A DNA stretch of 64,000 nt from Octopus vulgaris (Eukaryota). Positions 12,287 to 25,455 of the stretch are shown in pieces (positions within the stretch are counted from its first letter, which is position 1; each line of letters starts with the position of its first letter). Location: the NCBI GenBank assembly GCA_951406725.2, contig OX597820.1:105896001-105960000 (forward strand), in the 5' to 3' direction. A program made the position numbers and the translations under genes. Under the pieces are notes generated by a model, which was not told the origin of the DNA, made no database searches, and was given only the letters and a program-made list of their open reading frames with translations.

Positions 12287-12816
12287 GAGTGAGAGAGCAG
12301 TGCATGCTATCAAAGTGACACCGGGGTAAAATATACGAAGCCCAGTATACCCATCATGACTACCCGTCTGATAAGGGTACACCAGGCACATGCATCACAA
12401 CCATATGTGCGCGACATGGTAATCTCATATCAAGATAAACAGCGCATGACCTTGCAGGTGGGGCCCAGTTAGAATTTTCTTCAGGTTGAGTAGCCCATCC
12501 CGCTCAAACGGTCCCTGAATAAGGGTTGTTTAAGGATGTTGAAAGAACCACCCATGTTTCCAGAGGTGAATTATTCAAACCCCAAAGAATCCCTCTCAAC
12601 ACATGGCTATATTGCTCCCCCACTACTTCTGCTCGCGATCAGAGATGCACATATCGTCAGCCACTAAGGGACATGCTCAACTGGTTAAGGTCAAACAACT
12701 GACAAGCAAATATGTGGTATTGAGCAGAATATTTGCTGTAGCCCATCTTTTATACCAAGACAAAACAATGGTACATGATAACACTTCCAATCAGTTAAGA
12801 TCAGAAGCCATGAGAG

Positions 12817-12862
<46 letters not shown>

Positions 12863-13267
12863 GAGTGAGAAAGTAGTCCATGCCATCAAAGTGACACTGG
12901 GGTAAAATATATGAAGCCCAGTATATACGTCATGACTACCCATCTGATAAGGGTACACTAAGCACATGCAGCACATGACTTTGCAGGTGGTGCCCAGTTA
13001 GAATTTTCTTCTGGTCGAGTAACTCATCCTGCTCAAAAGGTCCTTGAATAAGGGTTGTTTAAGGATGTTGAAAGAACCACCCATGTTTCCAGAGGTGAAT
13101 TATTCAAACCCCAAAGAATCCCTCTCAACACATGGCTATGATGCTCCCCCACTACTTCTGCTCGTGATCAGAGATGCACATATCGTCAGCCACTAAGGGA
13201 CATGGTCAAGTGGTTACGGTCAAACAATGGACAAGCAAATCTGTGGTATTGAGTAGAATATTTGCTG
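12287..13267 (-). mobile_element. Two tandem copies (12287-12817, 12863-13267) of a non-coding retroposon 3' end with (AAT)n tails
   Basis: The copies are highly similar and share the same 3' end (...CTCACTC-AATAATAAT on the minus strand) but have different 5' truncations. Copy 2 has an internal deletion. Confidence 0.7.
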
Positions 13268-13618
13268 CTGATGCTGCTGCTGCATCATCATCGTCAGAAG
13301 CATCATCATCATCATCATCATCTATCGATTGAGGTTTAGAAATTATATTTGCTCAGGCTATTAAATAGAAACAATTTTCAACAATTTTCATGAAATCAAT
13401 CAAGATATAGAATTGTCTTCTATTTATATATCCTGAAAAAAAAAACAAGGATTACCTTTCATTATTGACATAATATATCAATTTGCCTTTCATTGGCATA
13501 CTTAACATATATAATTACCTTTATCCATCACCTTGATGTATCATATGTCATTTCTTTGAAGGGTAAATACCTCCCCTTTTTTTTTATCTAGCTATCTGAA
13601 ACAAATCATAGAATATCT

Positions 13619-13649
<31 letters not shown>

Positions 13650-14046
13650 TATATATATATATGATAGCTGATATGAATGTCAGTGGATTGATTTCTTTTC
13701 ACATCATATACAGACAAGGAGAGAGCAAGAGAGAGAGAGAGAGAGAGAGTTTACTTAAAAGGTGCAGGATGAGTGCATATACTAGGTCTGATGACAGTCA
13801 AAGAGTAACGAAACACTACACAGACATACACAATAAGAGAGAAAGAAAGAATCATAGAGACAGAGGAAGAGAAGGACATTGTGTATGTGTGTGTGTGTTC
13901 CTATATATATAGGTGCAGCGTAGTTGCGTGGTAAGAAGATTGCTTCCCAACCTCTTGGTTCTAGGTTCAGTCCCACGCCGTGGCACCTTGGGCTTGCCAA
14001 AGCCTTGTCAGTGGATTTGGTTGTCAGAAACTGTAAGAAGCCTGTC

Positions 14047-14095
<49 letters not shown>

Positions 14096-14551
14096 AACCA
14101 CTTTGCTTGACAGCTGATGTTGGTGTGTTTACATGCCCATAACTTTGTGGTTCGGCAGAAGAGACAGATAGAATAAGTACTAGACTTACAAAGAATAAGT
14201 CTTGGGGTCGATTTGATTGACTAAAGGCAGTGCTCCAACATGGCCACAGTCAAATGACTGAAATAAGTAAAAGAGTAAAAGAATATATATATATATATCA
14301 AAATAGGGGGGGGGGCGAGCTTCTATAATCAGCATGAAAAGTGACTTTGTTTTCAATAGTTTTTACTTTTTAAATACCTTTTTATTTAATTTTATTTTAA
14401 AGTAATAGATATTTTTCCTTTGAAAATGAGTATTACTTTCATTATTTTCTATTAGCAAAATAAATTTGATAATTATTATTGTATGTATGTCATATTTCCT
14501 GGTATTGCCCATGTTGACAAAAGTATACTTCCAGAGTTACCTGTTATATAC

Positions 14552-14587
<36 letters not shown>

Positions 14588-14988
14588 TTAATGTCTGTTT
14601 TCCATGCTGGTATGGGCTGGATGGATTGACAGGAACTAGCCAGTTGAAGAGCTGTCCAGGCTCCATGGATGTTTCAGCATGGTTTCTATGGCTGGATGTC
14701 CTTCCTAACACCAACCACTTTACTGAGTGCACTGTGTGCTTTTTACATAGCAAGAGCATGAGTGCTTTTACATGGCACCAGCTCCCATAATCCCACAACA
14801 TTAGGAACACTCAGCTGAAGAGGGATGCAGGAAGCATGCCTGTATGTAAAGACAACCCCGATTTTACTTAACTTGACATGTCTTTGTACACACACACACA
14901 CACACACACAAATACACACACACATGCATACATATACATATGTACATACATATACTTATGCCATACACACAGAAACACACACTCTTAC

Positions 14989-15019
<31 letters not shown>

Positions 15020-15935
15020 ACACACACACATAGTTTTCTAAGAATCCATAATCAGAAAAGAGATGCATTCATATATTTGTGAATAAAGTGGGTATATTAT
15101 CAAAGTATACAGTATTAAAGATCCATTATAGCTGATCTTATCAACTGGCATCACAGAGGGTACAAGAATTGGATGTTAGATAACAACATGGCTAAGTAAT
15201 ACCACATACTCTTCAAAGACAGCAGGTATGGAGACAAAAAAGAAATTTCATTTCTGTACTTGTTATCTCTGAAGAGTAACCACATAGAGTTTCCTTCTTT
15301 TAATGGCTTCTTTTTACAGTTAGGTGAACCGAGTCAGTAATATGTCATAGACTGAGTACAGGCAACAAGAATCCAACCATTTGCCCTTCAATCAGCAGTC
15401 TGACATTCTTAGTCTTGATACTAAGCTCTGATACTAAGAATTATCCTCCTCATTATTGTTGATGATGATGATGATGATGTATATACAAAGACATATGTAC
15501 ATGTGTGTGTGTGTGTGTGTGTGTGTATACGTCTATTTATGTACTTACATAAGTATATATAGGTATTTGTGTGCATGTGTTGCATATGTTACCTGTGATT
15601 CACTGTGTATTTCATTAACTCCATGCTTCTTTGTCACTATCTGCTATTTCTTTCTCTCTCTCCCTCCCTCCTTCTCTCTCTCTCTTTCTCACATGCAATC
15701 ATTCACATTATTTGTATCTATATGTACAGATGTGTGTATACTTAGAAGGGTGTCATTTTTATATTCCTCTCACATAAACAGCCAAAATGTACACACACCC
15801 ACACATACACATACATTTATACAGATATACAAATATTTTCACAAATGTTTACACATAAAACATACACTAATATACAAAGATAATGCACATGCATTCACAT
15901 GAACTTATACACATCCTCCAAGCAAGTTTTATCTG

Positions 15936-16053
<118 letters not shown>

Positions 16054-16523
16054 TAGAAATGCTTCACATATAGTTAATATTCTAATTGTGCTCAACAGCT
16101 GTTTAATTAGGATAAACATCATTAATTCTATAATTACCCAATTGGGGTATATAATAAAATTAGATTAGATTAACTTAAAAGCCATGTTTACCCATATCAT
16201 CAGGAGTGTTATGATAATTGAAAAATTGTTACTAGTTTAAATATGAAACAACAAGAGACAGAAATAGGGAAAAAATTAATATACAAAAATTGGATAAATA
16301 TCCACTTATTCATACACTTACAAATATACATTAACACATGCATGTTCACAAATAGTGAGAGAGAGAGAGAGAAAGAGAGAGACAAAAGGACAGCCATAGA
16401 CATATGTTTCTTTCTTAGGTATTAAGAGCATAGCAGTATTTATATCTTGATTCCAGCTGATGAGCTATTCAGACATTTACAAAAGTGAGTAGAAAACACT
16501 CATGGCTGAAGTTGATGTGCATT

Positions 16524-18597
16524 TTTATATATATAATATAAATCCTATTCTGTCTGTGTGTGTAAAAGATTATAACGGCCATATTTTTCAACTGATTTTC
16601 TCCAAACTGGGAACAGATATTACTTATGTTCCAGAGGTGGCTTTAGAATCTTAGAATTTTTCACATGAGTAACGGGCCTCCTGGGGGTAGAAAAAACCCA
16701 TTCCTGGGTTACGTGGTGAAGGGAGGTAACACTTTGCGAACTAACTTTCAGAAATTGATTGTCTCCCTTACATCCAGTGGTCATAAAAAAATATTGCTTT
16801 TTATATTAGATTCACGTCTTTGAAAGTTTTAAAAAATATTTACTTCCAATTTTCTAGCATCAGTGACATCTATATCTCTCTGTCTCTATCTCTCTATCTC
16901 TCTATAACTCTCTATCTATATCTCACTATCTATATCTCTCTATCCATCTCTATCTCTATAGCTATCTATCACTGTGTATCTATCTCTCTATATCTTATCT
17001 ATTTATCTATATCTATCATATTTGTCTAACTAGCTAGCTCTCTCTCTCCCCTTCTCTGTATATTTCACTCACTGTTGTTTTCACTTTCATTTTTCAGACG
17101 CTATCGTTTTCACTTTAAGTTCAATTACTATTGTTTTCACTGTAAGTTTTCAATCACTATTTACAAACAACAACGACAAATTACTGACAGAAAAAAGTTC
17201 ACAATTACTGATGAAAGTAATTTCATAGATAATTTCCTGACAGTAGTAACTTCATAAATTTCACTTTATTAAATTTGCCTACAAATTGCTTATTTACTTT
17301 TGTAGCACTTTGTGTTTTTTGTTGTTGTTGATGAAATTACTGATAAAAATAAATTCATAACTTACTGACAGAAGTAACTTCAAAGATTTCACTTAAATCT
17401 GTACACTTAGTTAATTTCCCTAAAAATTTCTTATTTACTTTTGCAACGGTTTTGTATTTTTCTGTTGTTAATGGTTTTTTTCCGGTTCCTTCAATACTGG
17501 CTCTTTGGTTCACAAATTTCGCTTCAACCCATACAATTCTTTATCCTCTGTAAAAATTTCTTATTTACTTTCTGCCCACTGTATTAAGAAATATAATTTC
17601 CGTTACCCAGTTATTTCCATTGTTTGCTATCTTCTGCACCCGTATATTTCTGTATACATATATAACCATGCTTAGAAGGAAAGTGTCAAATTTGCCTACG
17701 ATGTCAAGGTAAGCCAAAAGAATGTCTCCATCCAAGGAAAGAGAGACAGTCGCAGAAAGGGAAGCATACCAAGAAACAAACAGACTGTGCACTACAAAAG
17801 CCAGAGCATCTCAAAATTGATTAACAGAGAGAGGTATGCATGGCTGAAAAGGAATAGGATCGCCATTGCAGAATGAAGAGCAGTTGTAACAGCTCAGGGA
17901 AGCAACTTCTATAAAGCAGCTTTCAATTATGATCCAGCAGTTCATTATGCAGATGATACTAGAGTTTCTATTGGTGCAATGACAAGAGAGTGCATACATT
18001 GTAAAGAAAGGAAGTGACCTGGAGAGACACTTACACTGTGCTGCAGTGGTGGAAAGGTTAAACTCCTTGCAATCCCCTGACCTCCAGAGCCATTGAAGAG
18101 ACTGTTGTCATCAACTGACCAAGATTCCAAGCACTTCCAAAACAAAATTAGACAATAGAATGCTGCACTACAGATGACATCATTTGGAACCACAAAAAAT
18201 TTGACTGGGTCAGAATTCATGCAAACTTTCGAGATCCAAGGTCAAATTTATCATTGGATTGGCTCTCTACTACCTCTGTCAAACGAAACACTAAAATCGG
18301 CCTTTTATTGTTTATAATCTGTACCTGTCTTTTGGTTATGAAATAAGCTACACAAAATGTGTTTTTGAATTATGTGTCTCTTTTTTTTTCTCTCTCTTTT
18401 TTACTTGTTTCAGTCATTTGACTGTGGCCATGCTGGAGCACCGCCTTTTGTCGAGCAAATTGACCCCGGGACTTATTCTTTCTAAGCCCAGTACTTATTC
18501 TACCGTCTCTTTTGCCAAACCGCTAAGTGACGGGGAGATAAACACACCAGCATCGGTTGTCAAGCAATGCTAGGGAGACAAACACAGAGACACAAAC

Positions 18598-18638
<41 letters not shown>

Positions 18639-19000
18639 CAACAGGCTTCTTTCAGTTTCCGTCTACCAAATCCACTCACAAGGCATTGGTCGGCCCGGGG
18701 CTATAGCAGAAGACACTTGCCCAAGATGCCACGCAGTGGGACTGAACCCGGAACCATGTGGCTGGTTAGCAAGCTACTTACTACACAGCCACTCATTTAC
18801 TTTATATACATATATGAGTTGAAATCTTTATTTTAACATTTCATTTAACGTCTTTGTTCCATGCTGGCATGTTTTGGAGAGTTATTAGAGAGTAGAAAGT
18901 TGGTATCTCAGCTACTAGCAGTTGAGACCTGCATAATCTAGATAACATTTTAAAATTTCATTATTCTCTTTAACCTGGCAACGCCGGGTATTTCTGCTAG
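16524..19000 (+). mobile_element. Internally deleted Helitron with Rep/Hel N-terminal remnant
   Basis: 17991-18297 translates CIHCKERK*PGETLTLCCSGGKVKL...RQ*NAALQMTSFG...TFEIQGQIYHWIGSLLP. The 3' hairpin ACCTGGC-AAC-GCCGGGT is followed by CTAG at 18997-19000. A SINE A is nested at 18395-18793. Confidence 0.85.
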
Positions 19001-19958
19001 CATACATACGTACGTATATATATATATATATATATATAACCACCACTCTGCTGTAGCTGGCTTTTCATCCTTACCCTTTTTCACTTCCTCCAGCTAACAA
19101 ACACTTGATTTCCACCACCTCACAACATGATTCCAACTCCAAAATTTCCTCTCTTCTTAAATTGATTTATTTGCTCAGAAATACCAAATTCCTACTCTGA
19201 AACATTGCCATTGTTACTACCCCCAACAAAATTCTTCTCTTGTTAACAACCTACCAGGCCTCTCAGAATGAATAATATCTTTTTTTATGCACCAATGAGC
19301 TCCAAGTTTCGCAAACATAAATTCATGCCCGACAAATTAAACTAATCCATTTTTATTATTTCTTTTTATTTTTATGGCTGTGAGTTGGTAGAATCATATA
19401 ACAGCATTTTGTCTGTTGTTACATTCTGAGTTCAAATTATGCCAAGGCTGAATTTGTTTCTCATCCTTTCAAGGATGATAAAATAAGTTCCAGTAGAGCA
19501 CTAGCGTTGATGTAATTGACATAGCTCCTTCCTCCAAATTTCAGGACTTGTGCCTATAATGGAAAGGATTATTTCTTTTTCCTCAACATGCATATAAGTG
19601 TCTCTTATTTATAGCTATGAAATCCCATATGGATAGTTAAAAGGCACATACAAGCATCTCAGGGATTTCATGATATAACAAGTAGGGTGTATATAAGCAT
19701 CTCTGGGATTTTGCAACTGTCTATGAGTGCTGAATGTATCCACCACTGAGATTTCACAGTTATAGATAAGAAATGATTATATGCATCTGTACTATGGATA
19801 GTGTTAAAAAGAATTTGTTTTTTTCACAAAGACAGACTCTTATCTCTACATATTTTATTTATCAGTGCCCAAAACTTAGTCACACTAAATCATTGATTTC
19901 ATGTGATAGCAATGTGTGTGTGTGTGTCTCTCTCTCTCCCTCTCTCTCTATCTCTCTC

Positions 19959-19992
<34 letters not shown>

Positions 19993-20004
19993 CTTTAGTG
20001 AAAA

Positions 20005-20277
20005 GTAAAAAGCAGCAAAAATATCACAAAAACTGTTACTCTGAGTTTCACATTCCCATTGGAAAGAATTTCACATTCCCATTGGACAGAGTTTCACATT
20101 GGACAGTTTTTTTTTTTCTAAACAAAACTGTCTAATGAATAGGAACGTGAAACTCTGAAACTCTGAGTAACAGGTTTTGTGATATTTTTGCTACTTTTTA
20201 ATAAAGCATATTACTCTACCTCTGGTATTTGAGTACTATTTTTCCTGCCTTGTTTCACATTTATGTGCTTACTCTGA
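20005..20277. mobile_element. Small fold-back element with degenerate minimal hammerheads (Penelope-like)
   Basis: Inverted arms at about 20005-20110 / 20122-20200 within (TA)n. The + strand reads CTGT CTAATGA ATAGGAACGT GAAA..CTC T GAG TA ACAG. Confidence 0.55.
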
Positions 20278-20282
20278 TATAT

Positions 20283-20342
<60 letters not shown>

Positions 20343-20424
20343 CACATACACACACACATGCACACTGCTATTACATGAAATCAATGATTTTGTATGACTA
20401 AGTGTAGGCATTTGTGAATATTTT

Positions 20425-20476
<52 letters not shown>

Positions 20477-21174
20477 GTATGTCTTTAGCGTAAAAAGTTT
20501 GTTCCCAATCATAAGGTTCCAGGTTCAGTTCCACTGTATGACACCAAGGGCAAATGTTTTCTACTATAGCCATGGAGGTTGACCAAAGAGGATTAGTAGA
20601 AGGAAACAGAAAGAAACCTGTCGTGTATGTATGCATTTATGTATGTACATTTGTATGCACATATGTATGTACATACATATGTATGTACATATGAATGTAC
20701 ATACATACATGCATATGTTTGCATGTGTGTATGTATGCACGTAGATGTGTGGTGGTGGTGGTGGTGGTGATCAGAAGGAAGACTGGAGGTAGAGATATAC
20801 TTCAAGAAATAGAGAAAGAAACAAAGCAGAGGTAAGCAGGTCACTTAAGTAGAACAGGGGACAATTGATGGACAACAAGAAAAATGGAATGGATTCCACA
20901 AAAGAGATTTAGAAGGAGGCGCAGGCAGAAAAGAAGCTGGCGTGACACCATTAAAGAACACATGAAGGTGGTAAGAGGAAGGACCAGAACAGCAATGGAT
21001 ATAATAAAGTGAAAGATCCTTGAAGAAGAATTCATCTCCAGTGAATTGCTATATTCTAAGACAAGGAAAGACAAGAAAGAAAGAAAATATTGTTTTCCTC
21101 TCATTTTATAAATATTTCTGATTAGCATTTTTTCATGCTCGAAGCATTCCATCAATAAGGATAAAGAGTAAGAT

Positions 21175-21505
21175 TAAAGACCCCCTTCAGTCATGAACGA
21201 CCATGGGATTGCACCTAGGATGTTCTACTCTGAGGCACAAGTCTGGGCAAAGTTATTTGTGGAAGACAAGGAGTTGCTTATGCATACCAGCCCCAACTCT
21301 CCATGCCACCAATGTTATCCAAGGAAATGGCAAAGGCCAATGCAGCTTGGCACCACTGATGTCACAACTTATTTGTACAGATGAGTGAACTGGAGCAACG
21401 TAAAATTAAGTGTCTTGCTCAAGAATACAACACAGCTTGGTCCAGGAATCGAACTCACTACCTCATGATTGTGAGCCTGACACTCTAACCACCGAGCCAT
21501 GTACA
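21175..21505 (-). mobile_element. tRNA-derived SINE family C
   Basis: Minus-strand head TGGCTCGGTGGTTAGAGTG...GAGTTCGATTCC (boxes A/B), followed by a body unrelated to families A and B. Confidence 0.65.
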
Positions 21506-22369
21506 TTCATTTGAGCAATATGTTAACATTAATAGAACGATAACACTATAGTTTAATGATCTACAACCTGTCAAAGCTAAAGAAGGTACCTGATGAATCT
21601 GAAATCATAATTGTGACTCTGACATTGGTATTATGCACCATTCATGTTGTTCCAACCTCTTTCTATCAACAATTTTAATGATGAGTATGTTGATGATGAT
21701 GATATTGTATGGCGATGATTATGATTTTGATCATGACAACCCTAAAGATGGTGGTGGTCATGGGTAGTTGAGACGGTAGCAATGATGTTGATAATGACAA
21801 GCATGGTCGCTACCTTCATTGCAAAGTTGTTATTGCTATCATCATCATCATCTTATTCTCCTCATCCTCATAATTAGGATAATTGAAATTTTCATAATCA
21901 CAACAAGTACTTATGTACACACGCATGTATACTCACTCTAAATTATTAAAACATAACATACAACAATCTACAAACACATGTAAGTACACAGAAATGAACA
22001 AACACACACACCCACACACAGATACTCACACACACATACAGTGCATATATGAGCACACAGATAATGTGTGTGTGTGCTTATGTGTATTTTTGTAAATTCT
22101 ATGTTTAGTTAGTTGTGATAAGCAAGGTGTGATGTGTTATGTAAACAGCTCCAGCTGGTTACATTTCTAATCCTATCTTCAGCACCATTTTCACCACTTC
22201 ATGGCTTATCTATAATTCAGCTGGGATATGGACTACACATATACGCATTTACCTATATGCATACACACATATACACATTCATATGTACACATAGATACAT
22301 CCATGTGCATATATACATACATCCATGCACTTATACACACAAGAAATCAGCTGCCCTCTTGATACCAAT

Positions 22370-22640
22370 GTAATCAGAAAAATACAGGAGAAAGGGGACA
22401 TCTATGGACTATTGATAAAGCTTTCAGTTTCATATCTATTATTATTGGAGCAACAGGATATGTACCAACCCACTTGAAGCAAAGTGTTTCTAAGCTTGGA
22501 TTCTTGGGGAGGAATGCAACTCCTTAATTCATACACTGAAAACGATCACAATATCTAATAAAAATCTGCAAGACCTTCCTAGGAGTTAAAGGATGATTAA
22601 CAAAACAAGATGCATTCTATGCCGGTGGCCAGTCAAAATT
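22370..22640 (+). mobile_element. Old REL-type non-LTR retrotransposon C-terminal fragment
   Basis: ISIIIGATGYVPTHLKQSVSKLGF...KICKTFL resembles the PIIIGALG-type C-terminus of REL LINEs. Confidence 0.45.
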
Positions 22641-23559
22641 AATTCTAAATTAGAAAGAGAAAAAGAAATCATATCGAAGGCAGCCAATTGACTACAATTA
22701 TTAGAGCATCTGATAGGCTGCTTTGTTCTGGCTATTACGGTTTTGAGTTTAAATCTCATTAAGATCAGTCTTGCCTTTCAACCTTTCAGAGGTTGATAAA
22801 TATCAATTTCAAATTTCGCCACAAGGTCAGCAATTTTGGAAGTGGGGTTAAGTTGGTTATATTGACCCCAGTACTCAACTGATACTTATTTCATTGACTC
22901 TGGAAGGAAGAAAGGCAAAGTCAGCCTCAGTGAAATTTGAACTCAAAACATAAAGATGAACTAAATGCTGCCAAGCATTTTGCCTGACGTGCTAATGGTT
23001 GTGCCTGGTCACTGCCTTGGTGTTGATAAATATTGAAGTAATTGGTTGATTCATCTCTTTATCTCTCCATTTCTTTCTGTTAGCCTGTCTGTCTTTCTCT
23101 GTTCAGGAAGAAATTTACTGAGGTCAGATTTGATCTGATGAGAAATGGGTTCTGCCAGGTTGAAATTTGCCCAAGACATACTGTGTATCATGAGGATGTC
23201 CTACGACTCTTTCAGGAGTTGAGGGCATGTGGCACATATGTACATGCATACTGCAAGCATACACACACACACACATACAGATATAGTATGTATATAAATA
23301 CATACACACACACATACATACAAGTACATATATGCACATATGCATACATACACGCAGACTTAGTCATTCATGTAATGATGGCTTCTTCCCAGTATAGGTG
23401 TAATTTTATTTAATTAAAACTTCTTGGATTGTTACATATTAACACCCAGTTGGTAATCTGATATTGAGATATGCTATTGTGTGCTAAAATTAGTTTAAAA
23501 TTTTGTAATTATCATAACTTCTCAAAGTGTTTAAAATATATATATATACATATATATAT

Positions 23560-25130
23560 CATCATTATCATCATCATCATCATCATTTAACGTCCGTTTT
23601 CCATGCTAGCATGGGTTGGACGGTTTAACTGGGGTCTGTGAAGCCGGAAGGCTTCATCAGGCCCAGTCAGATTTGGCAGTGTTTCTATGGCTGGATGCCC
23701 TTCCTAACGCCAACCACTCCGTGAGTGTAGTGGGTGCTTTTTACGTGCCACCTGCACAGGTGCCAGACAGAGCTGGCAAACGGCCGCGAACGGAAGGTGT
23801 TTTTACGTGCCACCGGCACGGGGGCCAGGCGAGGCTGGCAACGGACACGAACAGATGGTGCTTTTATGTGCTACCGGCACGGGGGCCAGGCGAGGCTGGC
23901 AACGGACATGAGCGGATGGTGCTTTTACGTGCTACCAGCACGGGGGCCTGGCGAGGCTGGCAACGGACACGAGCGGATGGTGCTTTTACGTGCCAACGGC
24001 ACGGGGGCCAGGCGAGGCTGGCAACGGACAAACGATTGGAAGGTTCGCTTAACCACAGCTGCAATTTCCACTGATGTTGATTTGGTTTGATTTTGACTGT
24101 TCTCACTGGTCTTGCCAGGTCTTCTCACGCACAGCTAGGTCTTGGTCTCTAGTCATTTCCTTGGTGAGACCTAAAGTTCTAAGGTCGTGCTTCACCACCT
24201 CGTCCCAGGTTTTCCTGGGTCTACCTCTTCCACAGGTTCCCTCAACTGCTAGAGTGTGGCACTTTTGCACACAACTATCTTCACCATTCTCATCACATGC
24301 CCATACCAGCGCAGACGTCTCTCTTGCACACCACAACTGATGCTTCTTAGGTTCAGCTTTTCTCTCAAGGTACTTACACTCTGTCGATTATGAACACTGA
24401 CATTACACATCCATCGGAGCATGCTGGCTTCATTTCTTGCAAACTTACGCATATCCTCAGCAGTCACTGCCCATGTTTCACTATCATGTAGCATGGCTGT
24501 ACATACACATGCATCATACAGTCTGCCTTTTACTCTGAGCGAGAGGCCTTTTGTCACCAGCAGAGGTAAGAGATCTCTAAACTTTGCCCAGGCTATTCTT
24601 ACTCTAGCAGTTACACTTTCAGCACACCCACCCCCGCTACTGACTTGGTCACCTAGGTAGCGGAAGCTATCAACTACTTCTAGTTTTTCTCTCTGGAACA
24701 TGGTAGACGTTGGTCTCTGCACATTTTCAGTGTTTATTGCTCCTGAGCATCTGCCACAGACAAAAACTATCTTCCTAGTTAGCCTTCCTTTGACATTGCT
24801 ACACCTCTTATGTGTCCATAGCTTGCACTTGGTGCACCTTATAGAGTTTCTACCTACGCCTTTTCTACAGATTGAACAGGGCCATCTACCTGAAGGCGTT
24901 TGTGACTTGTCTACTTTTCTACTTATTAGGACTTTGGTTTTGGCAAGATTGATTCTGAGGCCCTTCGATTCTAGACCTTGCTTCCACACCTGAAACTTCT
25001 CCTCCAGTTCTGATAGTGACTCAGCAATTAGAGCAAGGTCATCAGCATAGAGGAGCTCCCAGGGGCATCCTGTCTTGAATTCCTCCATTATTGCCTGGAG
25101 GACTATGATAAATAGGAGGGGACTGAGGAC
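23560..25130 (-). mobile_element. 5'-truncated RTE-clade LINE (RT C-terminal half, 3'UTR, (GAT)n tail)
   Basis: ORF 24249-25205 has LSPLLFIIVL, ELLYADDLAL, NLAKTK, FRYLG and RRLRWYGHV, frameshifting into GRGRPRKTW. 3' end GGAAAACGGACGTTAAATGATGATG. Shorter 3' fragments occur near 4910-5045, 14550-14790, 25500-25640, 33400-33620, 49720-49900 and 58190-58420. Confidence 0.92.
23734..24035. repeat. GC-rich ~60-bp minisatellite (5 units) in the RTE 3'UTR
   Basis: Unit GTGCTTTTACGTGCCACCGGCACGGGGGCCAGGCGAGGCTGGCAACGGACACGAGCGGATG, directly contiguous. Confidence 0.9.
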
Positions 25131-25178
25131 TATATATATACTGTGTATATACATACATACATATACATATATATATAT

Positions 25179-25455
25179 ATTTATATTAAGGGCATTACTA
25201 TACATAAATGCCTCACACTAGGAGGGACTCTTAAAGTCAAAACTACCATAATAAACACATTTTTGGTACAATGTGTTTCTTATGGTAGTTTTGACTTTAA
25301 GAGTCCCTCGTAGTGTGAGGCATTTATGTATAGTAATGCCCTTAATATAAATAAATATATTTAAAGGGAATAATTAATAAATTTTTCCCTTATGAGGATT
25401 TTCATGCTAACTACTTGATAAATTCTTATAATGATTTTATCCTATTTTTAAATTA
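25179..25455. repeat. Fold-back element: ~80-bp near-perfect inverted arms with a one-sided tail, in (TA)n
   Basis: 25179-25260 is the reverse complement of 25271-25353, with a 10-nt loop. Confidence 0.8.

Noticed and set aside
13783-13825. CTGATGA...GAAAC hammerhead candidate
   Set aside because: Stem II and stem I do not pair; the same applies to CTGATGA at about 16457, 17208 and 23135.
21585-21615. CTGATGA-ATCT-GAAA hammerhead candidate
   Set aside because: No credible stems I, II or III.
23734-24035. CRISPR-like regular repeats
   Set aside because: Units are contiguous with no unique spacers, lie in a LINE 3'UTR in eukaryotic DNA, and no cas genes are present.
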